A stretch of 64,000 nucleotides of DNA from a virus, in the IMG/VR virus record IMGVR_UViG_3300032805_000004, positions 1 through 64,000 of that record. One strand, 5' to 3'. This document shows positions 37,129 through 46,064 of the stretch, one piece after another. Position numbers and translations under genes: made by a program. The notes beneath the pieces were generated by a model that had not been told where the DNA came from, did not search any database, and saw nothing but the letters and a program-made list of their open reading frames with translations. How positions within the stretch are numbered: the stretch's first letter is position 1; each line of letters opens with the position of its first letter.

Positions 37129-37896
37129 GTGAAAGTTGCGATCATCGGATACCGGGGCGTCGTCGGCAGCGCCCAGATGCGCCTGTGGGCCGGGCATGAC
37201 ATCGTCGGCTACGACACTGCGGACGGTGGCCCGTACCCGGCTGAGATCGCGAGCTGTGATTTCGCTGTGGTGTGCGTGCCGACCCCGACCGTGCCCGGCG
37301 GCGGCGCCGACCTGAACTACCTTCACCAGGCGCTCGGGCAGCTACCGGATGGAGTACCGGTGCTGATCCGCTCGACTATGCCGCCCGGCACAGTGGACTC
37401 CATCGGCGTCACATGGCCGGACAAACTGGTCGCCCACGCCCCCGAATTCATCTGCGAACGTGCTGGTGCGCGGATACGCGAATCCGCTGATGTGCCATGG
37501 ATGCTCCTCGGTGGCACCCCGGCGGCCCGTGAGTTTTTCCGCCCACGGCTCGCTGAGGTGTACCCCGATGACCGCATCCACGAGTGGCCCGCTATCGTCG
37601 CCGAGCTCGCCAAGTACACGGCCAACCTGCACTGGGCAGCCAAGGTCACATTCGTCAACGAAATGGCGCAAATCTGCGAGGCGACCGGCGCCCAGTGGGA
37701 GCAGGTGCGTGAGGCGTGGCTAGCCGACCCGCGGGTCGCGCGGGACTACACGGCGATGGACGGGTTCCCGCCTGGGTTCGGTGGCCCCTGCTTGCCGAAA
37801 GACCTCGCCGCCCTGATCGCGGAAAGCCTTGACGCAGGCTACGAACCGGAGTTCCTCATCGCCATCGAAGATGCCAATGCCAGGTTCCGCGGGTGA
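37129..37896 (+). CDS. UDP-glucose/GDP-mannose dehydrogenase family protein (short, lacks C-terminal domain)
   Basis: KVAIIGYRGVVG; VCVPTP; IRST.PPG; PEF; AELAKY; F.NE; GFGGPCLPKD. Confidence 0.88.
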   Translation: MKVAIIGYRGVVGSAQMRLWAGHDIVGYDTADGGPYPAEIASCDFAVVCVPTPTVPGGGADLNYLHQALGQLPDGVPVLIRSTMPPGTVDSIGVTWPDKLVAHAPEFICERAGARIRESADVPWMLLGGTPAAREFFRPRLAEVYPDDRIHEWPAIVAELAKYTANLHWAAKVTFVNEMAQICEATGAQWEQVREAWLADPRVARDYTAMDGFPPGFGGPCLPKDLAALIAESLDAGYEPEFLIAIEDANARFRG

Positions 37897-38915
37897 GGGT
37901 CCTGCTCACCGGCGCGGCCGGGTTCATCGGCGGCTACGTCGTCCGCGAGCTCCTCGGCCGCGGCTACGACGTCACCGGGCTGGACAACTTTTCCAAATAC
38001 GGTCGCCTGACCCGCGACTACTTCGCCGATCCCCGCTATCGGCACGTCGCCGGGGACGCCCGCGACGTTGGCCTGATGCGGCGTCTCGCTCTCGACGCCG
38101 ACTATCTCATCGCTGCGGCGTCGATGATCGGCGGGATCAGTTTCTTCCATGCCTACCCGTATGATCTGCTCGCCACTAACGAGCGGATCATCGCCTCCAC
38201 CTGCGACGCCGCGATCACTGCGCATCAGGCCGGGCGGCTGCGCAAGGTCACCTACGTGTCCTCGTCGATGGTGTACGAGTCGGCGACCTCGTGGCCGACC
38301 GCCGAGGGCCAGGAACTACTCATGCCGCCGCCAATGTCCAGCTACGGGTTCCAGAAGCTCTGCGGCGAATACTTTGTCGATGCGGCCTGCGACCAGTACG
38401 ACCTGCCGTACACGATCGTCCGCCCGTTCAACGCTGTCGGGATCGGTGAACAGCGCGCCATCGGCGAGCGCGAGGTGAAGTCCGGGAACCTGCGGCTGGC
38501 CATGTCCCACGTCGTCCCGGACCTGGTGCAGAAGGTTCTGCGGGGGCAGGACCCTTTGCACATTCTGGGTGATGGAACGCAGGTGCGGCATTACACCTAC
38601 GGCGGTGACCTGGCCCGCGGGATTGTGACGGCGATGGAGCACCCCAGCGCCGAAGGTGAAGACTTCAACCTTTCCACCGCAACATCCACGACGGTGGTGG
38701 AGCTGGCGGAAATGATCTGGCGGAAGATCAGAGGCCCGCGGGTGCCATTCCGTTACGTCCACGATCCGCCGTTTGAGCATGATGTCCAGTGCCGTATCCC
38801 CGCCACCAGGAAAGCGTGGGAGGTGCTCGGCTTCGAGGCCGCTACGCCGCTGGATGTGATGCTGGACGAGGTGATCCCGTGGGTGGCTCAGGCCATCGAA
38901 GACGGCTCAATCTGA
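37893..38915 (+). CDS. NAD-dependent epimerase/dehydratase (extended SDR)
   Basis: TGAAGFIG; SSSMVY; YGFQK; RPFN..G. Confidence 0.92.
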   Translation: MRVLLTGAAGFIGGYVVRELLGRGYDVTGLDNFSKYGRLTRDYFADPRYRHVAGDARDVGLMRRLALDADYLIAAASMIGGISFFHAYPYDLLATNERIIASTCDAAITAHQAGRLRKVTYVSSSMVYESATSWPTAEGQELLMPPPMSSYGFQKLCGEYFVDAACDQYDLPYTIVRPFNAVGIGEQRAIGEREVKSGNLRLAMSHVVPDLVQKVLRGQDPLHILGDGTQVRHYTYGGDLARGIVTAMEHPSAEGEDFNLSTATSTTVVELAEMIWRKIRGPRVPFRYVHDPPFEHDVQCRIPATRKAWEVLGFEAATPLDVMLDEVIPWVAQAIEDGSI

Positions 38916-40624
38916 ACCTGATCCACGGGCGGGATGCAGATACGGCCTAGCCCGTACCGGCCGAAACCAATCTCCTCCCACGCCAGGCCGTTCTCGGCGC
39001 AGTAGGTGTCCAGAGCCTTGGCGACGGTGTCACCGGGCCAGTTCAGCGTGTCATGGCACAGCACCACCCCACCGGGCAGCACCGACGGCACAAACTTCCG
39101 CAGCTCCGCGAGAGTGTGCTCGTACTCATGCGAGGTGTCGATGAACAGCACGTCACACGGCCCCGGCTTGATGTCTTCGGACATGTCGTCAGCAACGTAC
39201 AGATCCCACCGGCCAGACCTGGCCCAGTAGTCCGGCACCTTCGGCTGCTCCAGGTCAACCGACCACACATGCCCGTCTACCTCTTCGGCTGCGGCGAGAA
39301 ACGCCACCGTTGAGGCACCCTGCCGCACCCCAAGCTCAGTGACCTGAACTTGCGGGTAGCGGGCCGCGGTTTCGCGGAGGACCGGCATGTAATGCTGCAT
39401 GTCGGATGGCTGCGCCCAGCATTTCAGGTAGTCGGCTTGCAGATCCGTCCCCGGCTGCGGGGCCGCGGCGGCGCGGCCGGTGACCATCTCCTCGAGCTTG
39501 GCGAGCACCGGCACCCAATACTGCTCGAACACCGCGTCCACGTCGTATTGCAACGCGAACTCGCGGGCCTCTTTCCGCCGTGCCTCGTTACCGGGCCATT
39601 CGGCGTACGCCTCCTCGTAGGCGTCGAGGATACCTTTGACCGAGGGGCGGACCCACCACGCCTCATGTCCCGTCGACCAGTGCGGCTCACCTGCGACTTT
39701 CCACCCAGAACCGCACAACTCGGTCATGGCGGACCCGTCGGTCACCACCACCGGGACACCGCACGCCTGCGCCTCCAGCGACGGCAACCCGAACCCCTCG
39801 GCGAGGGAACACCCCGAGTACAGGTCAAGACACTGGAACCACTCGGCCATCGTCTCGTCCCCGATGAGGCCGCAGGTGTAGGCGTGCTGGTCTGGGAACA
39901 TCACATGGTCGGCGACGCCGAGGCTGGTGGCGATCGCTTTGAGGTTCAGGCCGCCGATCGGCTTCGCGTCGATCACCGAATGGACGACGAGCATGGAGTT
40001 CGGGTGACGGCGGTGGAACTTCGCGAACGCGGTCATCTGCTCCGGGAGTGCTTTGCGGTTCCCGGAGTCCTTGTTGATCGCGCAGATGCCGATCAGGAAC
40101 GTGTTCGCCCCGATCCCCATGTCTTCCCGCAGCTGGTCACGGTCCGCGGCGGGCCGGAACAGGGCGGTGTCGATGCCGTGGGGGACGTAGAACGGGTCCC
40201 AGCCGGCTTCGCGGAGTTTTGTCTCACCGAATCGGCTGAACGCGATCGGTGTCCCCCCGGACTGTTCCAGTTTCAGTTTGTCGAGCGCGCCGAGGGGGTT
40301 GCAGTCGATCGGCATCCAGTGGGCGACGTTGAGGCTCTTCAGTTTTTTGGCGTCCATGGCGAATACGTCGCACAGGGTGATGAGGAGGTCGGCTCCGGCG
40401 TAGCGGTAGTGGGCGTCGATGACGTCACTGCCGAAGGCGTCGAGGCCGCCGGGGAGGACGGTGTGGCCTTCCCAGGCGAAGGCGTTGCCGAAGAAGCTGT
40501 AGGGGGAGGAGACGGTGACGTCGTGGCCTGCGGCGGCGAGCCGCCGCACCAGCAAGCCAGTCTGAATACCGTACCCGGTCTTAAGGAATGGCGCATTAGA
40601 ATTAACGACTATTTTCACAAGCAC
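38888..40624 (-). CDS. GT-B (family 4) glycosyltransferase fused to a class I SAM methyltransferase
   Basis: VPHGIDT; EGFGLPSLEAQACGVPVV; ELGVRQG.ST; FIDTSHEY; PGGVVLCHD. Confidence 0.88.
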   Translation of the reverse strand: MLVKIVVNSNAPFLKTGYGIQTGLLVRRLAAAGHDVTVSSPYSFFGNAFAWEGHTVLPGGLDAFGSDVIDAHYRYAGADLLITLCDVFAMDAKKLKSLNVAHWMPIDCNPLGALDKLKLEQSGGTPIAFSRFGETKLREAGWDPFYVPHGIDTALFRPAADRDQLREDMGIGANTFLIGICAINKDSGNRKALPEQMTAFAKFHRRHPNSMLVVHSVIDAKPIGGLNLKAIATSLGVADHVMFPDQHAYTCGLIGDETMAEWFQCLDLYSGCSLAEGFGLPSLEAQACGVPVVVTDGSAMTELCGSGWKVAGEPHWSTGHEAWWVRPSVKGILDAYEEAYAEWPGNEARRKEAREFALQYDVDAVFEQYWVPVLAKLEEMVTGRAAAAPQPGTDLQADYLKCWAQPSDMQHYMPVLRETAARYPQVQVTELGVRQGASTVAFLAAAEEVDGHVWSVDLEQPKVPDYWARSGRWDLYVADDMSEDIKPGPCDVLFIDTSHEYEHTLAELRKFVPSVLPGGVVLCHDTLNWPGDTVAKALDTYCAENGLAWEEIGFGRYGLGRICIPPVDQVQIEPSSMA

Positions 40625-40642
40625 CCTGCTTTTGTGTAGGCT

Positions 40643-41425
40643 TCAATAGCGCGGCCGGAACCATTCCGGCGGGCATCTGCGCTTATAGATCCACTGCGGC
40701 CACGTCTCGTCCACATCCACCGGGATCAGATGCTGCACACCTTCCTGCTGGACACCGTGCCGGACCGCACCGGCCTCACCGAACCGGTACCAGCGGGTGG
40801 CACCATCCATCACCTGCGCGTACAGCTCCAGATGGCACATCACCTTCGCTTTCGCCCGGATCGCGTCCGGGCCACCGAGCCAAGTCAGGTGCCAGCCGCC
40901 GTCGTCCAGTACCGGGTACATGCCGCGGCCGTCCCGTGCCGTGGTGAAACACGAGATCGCGTCCGCGCGTGCGGCCACCGCCCCCTGCCACGGGACAGGG
41001 ACCAGCCAGTCCACCGCGTAGGCGGCGAACCTTTGCGCCAGCGAGATGAACGGCTTCGGGCGGCAGGCGACTGCGGCAGGTGACGGGATCTCGTCCACAT
41101 CGCAGATGAGGACCGTGTCACCCTTGGTGGTGCCTGCCTTGCCGAGCCCGTCCCACGTCCAGGACCGGTGGACGTGTTCCCGCGCCCACGGGTGGGCCTG
41201 CCAGCCGTGGGTTTCGTCGGCCACGATGTGCACGATCCGGTCTTTCCACGGCCCGAACCTGCCGTTCGCGTTGTCGGCGTAGTGCAGGGGTTTCGGTTTG
41301 CCGTGGTGATCCCATGGGGCTTCGACGAGGATGTGCCGGTAGATGGGGGTGCTGTCAAGTTCGGTGAGGCGGCATTCGAGCATGTCCAGTTCGTTGTTGA
41401 ACAGGAACGCGTCGAAAACCCTCAC
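40643..41425 (-). CDS. GT17-like (GlcNAc-transferase III family) glycosyltransferase
   Basis: VFDAFLFNNELDMLECRL; W.RE..HR; DVDEIP; GGWHLTWLGG. Confidence 0.85.
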   Translation of the reverse strand: MRVFDAFLFNNELDMLECRLTELDSTPIYRHILVEAPWDHHGKPKPLHYADNANGRFGPWKDRIVHIVADETHGWQAHPWAREHVHRSWTWDGLGKAGTTKGDTVLICDVDEIPSPAAVACRPKPFISLAQRFAAYAVDWLVPVPWQGAVAARADAISCFTTARDGRGMYPVLDDGGWHLTWLGGPDAIRAKAKVMCHLELYAQVMDGATRWYRFGEAGAVRHGVQQEGVQHLIPVDVDETWPQWIYKRRCPPEWFRPRY

Positions 41426-41438
41426 AGGCGGCTCGCTT

Positions 41439-41669
41439 CTACGGGACCACTCTCACCAGGGCGTGGTCGCAGTCGTTCGGCAGGTCACTGAACGCCGGGC
41501 AGGTAGATGGAATCGTATAGGTGATCTGGGTTGTGCCGTCCGGGCAGAGCAGGATCAGCTGTGTGCCGGGTTGAAGGTTGCCCATTTGCTGCGGGTCACC
41601 CAAGATGCTCATTCGCTTGCCTGCTGTCTTGCATCCTGCGGCGTCTTTGACGCAGGTGGTCACATTCAA
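41439..41669 (-). CDS. Small hypothetical protein
   Basis: 76 aa; fills the operon gap. Confidence 0.4.
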   Translation of the reverse strand: MNVTTCVKDAAGCKTAGKRMSILGDPQQMGNLQPGTQLILLCPDGTTQITYTIPSTCPAFSDLPNDCDHALVRVVP

Positions 41670-41748
41670 CGCTAGTGACAGCAGGGCTTCACGGGCCCCC
41701 CTACCGGATGACTTTGATCACACCGTGGAAACCCAAGACCAGACACGA

Positions 41749-42288
41749 TCACTCACTCCGTTCGTGGGTTGTCCCGCAGGTCGGACATACGCACACAGCA
41801 TTCAGCCGTTCTCTCCACCGGCTACGGCGGTTTCGCGCCTGCTGCGCCCGTGTAGCCCACTGGACGTTGCCCGGCTCGTAGTTGCCGTCGTTGTCCATAC
41901 GGTCGAGCGTCGCTCCACCTGGTCGCGGGCCGAGTTCCTGATTCAGGTCATCCCGGAAACGGGTGAACTCGTGCCACGGCTCGTACAGGATGATGCCCCG
42001 GCCACCGTAGTAGCGGTAGTCGTAGTAGGTCACCTGGTAACACTTGACCTTGATCCTGCGCCACAACCGGTACAGGTAGTCGTCGTACCCGCTGCCGTGC
42101 TTGTAGCGACGCTTTCCCGTGGTCTCTCTTGTCAGGCAGCCACAGGACTGTGATGTACCAGTTGTCAGGCTGCTCCGCAGGACTTCGCGCTCTGTACCGC
42201 AATCACAGCGGCACAGAGCCTTCGGGTTGCATCGCTCAAGAGAGAGGACAGTCCAGCGGCCGTACCGATCGGCTGCTTTTATTCTCAT
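41749..42288 (-). CDS. HNH-type homing endonuclease with CxCxCG N-terminal domain
   Basis: CRCDCG...SCGC; YGGRGI; TLDRMDNDGNYEPGNVQWAT..QQ..NRR; TACGAT 7 nt upstream (leaderless). Confidence 0.85.
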   Translation of the reverse strand: MRIKAADRYGRWTVLSLERCNPKALCRCDCGTEREVLRSSLTTGTSQSCGCLTRETTGKRRYKHGSGYDDYLYRLWRRIKVKCYQVTYYDYRYYGGRGIILYEPWHEFTRFRDDLNQELGPRPGGATLDRMDNDGNYEPGNVQWATRAQQARNRRSRWRERLNAVCVCPTCGTTHERSE

Positions 42289-42320
42289 GCAGCCAATCGT
42301 ACCGCAACCTGATGGAGACT

Positions 42321-42809
42321 TTACTCACTCCAGATGAGGTCCACGTTGTAGGTGCCGGGGAACGAGGACTGGTTGAAAAACATGTGCACTCCGCCCGAGG
42401 CGACCGCGGTGCCGGAGCCGAGGGGGACGCCCCATTCGTAGCCGGCCGGGGGGAACTCTTCCCAGCTTGAGCCGGTGGTCTGGGGTAGTTCCTGCTCCCA
42501 CAGCACGGTGCCGATGTTCGGCGGGGTACCCCAGCTGGTGGCGATGGTGCCGAGCGACGGCGGCGCGGAGTAGTCGTGCGCGCCGGCGGTCTGGATGTTG
42601 GTGACGGTGCTGGCCTGCCCGGAGCGGCACAGCTGGAATAGCACGTTGTTCCCGGCTGCGGCCGTGGTGGAGATGATGTCGATCCGGACGCCGACGACCC
42701 ATAGCCGCTTGGTGCCGGTGGCGTACAGGGACAGGCAGGGGATCGCGGTCGTCGAGGTAGCGCTACCGAACAGGCTCGCCCGACCCACGTAGATGTCGCT
42801 GATGGGCAT
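42321..42809 (-). CDS. Putative structural protein, paralog of 35898-36398
   Basis: 162 aa; GGAGG RBS; shared motifs. Confidence 0.65.
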   Translation of the reverse strand: MPISDIYVGRASLFGSATSTTAIPCLSLYATGTKRLWVVGVRIDIISTTAAAGNNVLFQLCRSGQASTVTNIQTAGAHDYSAPPSLGTIATSWGTPPNIGTVLWEQELPQTTGSSWEEFPPAGYEWGVPLGSGTAVASGGVHMFFNQSSFPGTYNVDLIWSE

Positions 42810-42900
42810 GGTGCTTCAACCTCCGTTGATGTTTCCGCCGCCAAGGGCAAGGCGGCCTGATATTTGCCCCGGCGAATCTGGGCAGGGCGAAAAGTGAAAG

Positions 42901-43293
42901 CTAGGGCGCTGGTGCGCCCTCGATCAGCAGCGAGCCGTCGAACACGGCCAACGCGGCCGAGGTGCCTGGGTTCATCCACAGGCAGTGGTAGTAGGTGTCC
43001 GGCGCCAGAGTCGCCGTCGCAGTCGCCGTCATCACGAGCAGCACCTGGGACAGGATCGCGGTCTGGGTGACGGTGATCTGCCCATCCGGCCCTGATGTGG
43101 TGTTGATGGAGATGAGCGGGCCGGAGATGTCGGTCGGTGTGATGCGGGCGACGTATTCCCAGGTGGCGCCGTTCGGGATGGGGTAGGGCACGTATCCGCT
43201 GGGGGATTGTGTGGTGAGGGTGAACGTCCACTGCTGCGCACTACCGGCGGGCATGCGCAGGGTCCAGGCGGCGACGCTGGTGGAGACGGCCAT
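42901..43293 (-). CDS. BppU-N-like / Ig-like structural protein
   Basis: 130 aa; T..L....YY..L....G.....V.DG.L.I pattern. Confidence 0.55.
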   Translation of the reverse strand: MAVSTSVAAWTLRMPAGSAQQWTFTLTTQSPSGYVPYPIPNGATWEYVARITPTDISGPLISINTTSGPDGQITVTQTAILSQVLLVMTATATATLAPDTYYHCLWMNPGTSAALAVFDGSLLIEGAPAP

Positions 43294-43297
43294 CGGG

Positions 43298-43501
43298 TCA
43301 CCTCCGGGTCAGGGCGATCCCGATGTCGATGGCGAGCCATATGAACAGGGCTGCGATGAGCACGGCGACGGCGGTGTTGAGCAGCAGGTCACGTACCGGG
43401 TGGGGGGGTGGTGTGGCGCGCCATACGGGGGTGGACGGGACGTCGGTGAAGGGTGGTTTGGTGCCGGTGGGTGGTCCGCACATGGGCCACTGTCCGGGCA
43501 T
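43298..43501 (-). CDS. Small membrane protein
   Basis: C-terminal hydrophobic helix; start uncertain. Confidence 0.4.
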   Translation of the reverse strand: MPGQWPMCGPPTGTKPPFTDVPSTPVWRATPPPHPVRDLLLNTAVAVLIAALFIWLAIDIGIALTRR

Positions 43502-43533
43502 TGGAACCCACCACCGTAGTTTGTCCGTCTAGG

Positions 43534-43581
43534 TTGACGATGGTCGGCTGGCTCCGATAGATTGTCTGTGTAGCCAGACAA
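43534..43581 (+). promoter_or_regulatory. Sigma-A type promoter with overlapping inverted repeat (operator)
   Basis: TTGACG-18nt-TAGATT; TTGTCTG-N6-CAGACAA palindrome at 43562-43581; AAGGAG RBS. Confidence 0.7.
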
Positions 43582-43593
43582 GGAGAACCCCAG

Positions 43594-43680
43594 ATGACCA
43601 GCACAGACGGCGCACCGGCCCTCGACCCGGACACCGAATACTTCTACCGCCTTGAGCAGTGCGACGAGGAGGAACTGTGA
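43594..43680 (+). CDS. 28-aa acidic peptide
   Basis: AAGGAG RBS; GTGA coupling to the next gene. Confidence 0.45.
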   Translation: MTSTDGAPALDPDTEYFYRLEQCDEEEL

Positions 43681-43973
43681 CCCGCCGCCAGCTCACCCCG
43701 ATCAACGTCACCGCCCGCCACCGCAACTTTCGCACCGGACGCCCAGAGATCTGGGCCGCGCGGTCCCGCGACGGCCGCTGGACCTACGACCGGGAAGAGA
43801 CCCCCGGCACCCCGTGGATCGTCCAACACCGCGAAACCGGCGAGGAACGCTGGTTCGGCACCCTCGGCGCCGCACGCGCCGCCACCGCCAACGGCTGGGG
43901 CAACAACCTCGCCATCTGCCCGGACTGCCAGATCCGCGGCGGCCACAACGACAAATGCCCCGCCCTCACCTAA
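43677..43973 (+). CDS. Hypothetical protein
   Basis: Coupled ORF in the plus-strand cassette. Confidence 0.6.
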   Translation: MTRRQLTPINVTARHRNFRTGRPEIWAARSRDGRWTYDREETPGTPWIVQHRETGEERWFGTLGAARAATANGWGNNLAICPDCQIRGGHNDKCPALT

Positions 43974-43985
43974 AGGACACCCCCG

Positions 43986-44216
43986 ATGACCACCACGACC
44001 CGCTACGCCGCCCTCATCGGCCAAACCATCACACGCTGGGACGGCCAAACCTTCCGCATCGCCACCATCGGCGAACCCACCATCGGCGGACTGTTCCTCC
44101 CCGTCACCGCCATCAACGCCAACTGCGAAACCTGGCCAGCGCTCCTCGACGCCGGGTTGGCTACCCTCGGTGATGCTGTCGTCTTCTGCACCGACATGGC
44201 CGCTACGTCAGCGTAG
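43986..44216 (+). CDS. Hypothetical protein
   Basis: AAGGA RBS. Confidence 0.6.
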   Translation: MTTTTRYAALIGQTITRWDGQTFRIATIGEPTIGGLFLPVTAINANCETWPALLDAGLATLGDAVVFCTDMAATSA

Positions 44217-44233
44217 CCCTACACTGACAAACC

Positions 44234-44512
44234 ATGGGCATCCAGATCATCCAGCAACCAGACGGCAAACTCTCCGTCTACTCAACCATCGTCAGCGACT
44301 GGATCTACACCGGGAAAACAGCGCAGGAACTTGAAGACATCTACGCCGAGGAAGCAGCCGAAGATGCGCGGTCTTCGATCAGGCGGATCACCGGCGCTGT
44401 CCTGTCCGGCGAAGCGCGCAAGGTGTACCACCAGTTCACCATGACCTTCGAGCAGGCCGAGAAGCAGATCAAGTCCGATCAGCAGGCCCACGAAGAAGGC
44501 GACGGCCAATGA
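44234..44512 (+). CDS. Hypothetical protein
   Basis: TACACT -10 just upstream; natural composition. Confidence 0.65.
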   Translation: MGIQIIQQPDGKLSVYSTIVSDWIYTGKTAQELEDIYAEEAAEDARSSIRRITGAVLSGEARKVYHQFTMTFEQAEKQIKSDQQAHEEGDGQ

Positions 44513-44883
44513 CCACCCGGCGCAAACCCACCCTCGTCTTCGGCGTCGCCGGCGTCGCAGCCTGGCTCGGCGTCCAACCCGGCACCGTCACCCAATGGCT
44601 CGAACGAGAAAAACGAGGCGAAGTCCCCCCAACGCCGCCACCAGACGTCCTGCTCACACCAGGCCGGTCCGGTGTCCCAGACCGCGGTTGGCTCGTGACC
44701 CGGCGCCCCGAATGGGAAGCGTGGAAAGCGGCCCGGCCTGGCCGCGGCGCACCCGGCGTGCCCAGATCCCGCGACACCGTGGATGCATCTGGACTGCGGA
44801 TCTGCTGTGGCACCAAGCCCGATACCGGACATCGGGGCACTTGCCAATACTCGACAATGCGCTCCGCCCGCACCCCCGGGTAA
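44509..44883 (+). CDS. HTH DNA-binding protein (MerR/excisionase-like)
   Basis: GVAGVAAWLGVQPGTVTQWLER...PPPD...GW. Confidence 0.65.
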   Translation: MTTRRKPTLVFGVAGVAAWLGVQPGTVTQWLEREKRGEVPPTPPPDVLLTPGRSGVPDRGWLVTRRPEWEAWKAARPGRGAPGVPRSRDTVDASGLRICCGTKPDTGHRGTCQYSTMRSARTPG

Positions 44884-44907
44884 CGCGCACCAGCGACAAG
44901 GAGACCG

Positions 44908-45120
44908 ATGATGCCTGACGAGCATGGCATGACCAAAGGCGCCGGGATCTGCCCCGTGTGCAACCGCTCATACATGATCAAAGATAACGGCACCCTGCGG
45001 AAGCACTGGTCGCGTGACGGCATGGGCAAGGCCCTGCCGTTCAGCAACCCCTGCGAGGGCTCCGGTAAACGGCCGTTCGTAATTGGATCAGCCGCCCCGG
45101 GTCCATCGACAACCCAGTGA
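44908..45120 (+). CDS. Small Zn-binding hypothetical protein
   Basis: CPVC...H...C.GSG; AAGGAG RBS. Confidence 0.6.
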   Translation: MMPDEHGMTKGAGICPVCNRSYMIKDNGTLRKHWSRDGMGKALPFSNPCEGSGKRPFVIGSAAPGPSTTQ

Positions 45121-45153
45121 TCCCCTGGCCTGCCAGCGACAAGGAGACCGGCG

Positions 45154-45564
45154 ATGGATGAAAAACTGAGCCCACGTAAGAGCCCATGTCCGTCGTGCCC
45201 TTACCGGATCGACGTTCCATCCGGTCTGTGGCACGCCGACGAATACGACAAGTTACCCCGCTTCGACGGCGACACCATCGAGCAAGCGAAAGCAGGCGCA
45301 TACGGCGTATTCCTGTGCCACCAAGCCGATGGGTTCCTATGTGCTGGCTGGGCCGGATGCCATGACATGCACCAAAGCCTCGCGCTCCGCATGGCCACCA
45401 ACGACGTTGACCTCGATGCAACGGTTAGCTACGTCTCGCCGGTCCCACTCTTCGGCTCTGGCGCTGAAGCGGCTGCACATGGCAAGCGCGACATCGCAGC
45501 TCCTAGCCCGCAAGCTCAGATCAAAATACGCCAGCTAGCACGGAAGAAGGAGACAAAGCGATGA
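45154..45564 (+). CDS. DUF6283-like protein
   Basis: PCPSCPYR.DVPSG.W...EY.KL..FDG; F.CHQ....CAGW. Confidence 0.7.
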   Translation: MDEKLSPRKSPCPSCPYRIDVPSGLWHADEYDKLPRFDGDTIEQAKAGAYGVFLCHQADGFLCAGWAGCHDMHQSLALRMATNDVDLDATVSYVSPVPLFGSGAEAAAHGKRDIAAPSPQAQIKIRQLARKKETKR

Positions 45565-45761
45565 AACGGCTCGCGTTCGCGGCCCTGTGCGCCTTCGTAG
45601 GCGTCATGGGAATCCTCTGCCTGACTTCCACCAACCGGATCACACCACCAGGACTGCAGCACACCAGATTCGCAGCTGTGCACTCCGGCATATGCCCCAC
45701 CGGGTGGCGCTTCCAGTGGCACTGGTGGCTCCCACACGGCACCTGCGAGGAGCAGTTCTGA
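45561..45761 (+). CDS. Small secreted/membrane protein
   Basis: MKR + hydrophobic N-terminus; RBS. Confidence 0.5.
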   Translation: MKRLAFAALCAFVGVMGILCLTSTNRITPPGLQHTRFAAVHSGICPTGWRFQWHWWLPHGTCEEQF

Positions 45762-46003
45762 TGTCGCATAGCTACCGCACCCACATAGCCCGCAACCCTG
45801 ACGGGTCCACTACCCGCACCGTCACCCGCCTGCACCCAGGATGGCGACGCATCGGCCGGGCCATCTGTGTCTGGGTGGCGCTCGTCTGGCCGCTCACCAT
45901 CGGCGCCCACAACGGCACACCCACCGTCCTCGGCTGGGTCCTGTTCGCCTGCTGGCTACCCGTAGCAGCGGCCGTGCTGGTGTGCATGCCCCGGAAGCAC
46001 TAA
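45761..46003 (+). CDS. Small two-TM membrane protein
   Basis: TGATG coupling; two hydrophobic segments. Confidence 0.5.
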   Translation: MSHSYRTHIARNPDGSTTRTVTRLHPGWRRIGRAICVWVALVWPLTIGAHNGTPTVLGWVLFACWLPVAAAVLVCMPRKH

Positions 46004-46064
46004 CCAGCTCTTCGCTTGGCACCGGTGGTTCCCATACGGCACCTGCGAACAGCAGTTCTAGCGG

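Noticed and set aside
37120-38925. Invertible (phase-variable) segment
   Set aside because: The flanking repeats are direct rather than inverted, and no recombinase is seen.
39350-40639. 429-aa plus-strand ORF (and similar ones at 7090, 9941, 19089 and 49211)
   Set aside because: Antisense shadows of clear genes with no motifs, unlike the intein-nested ORF.
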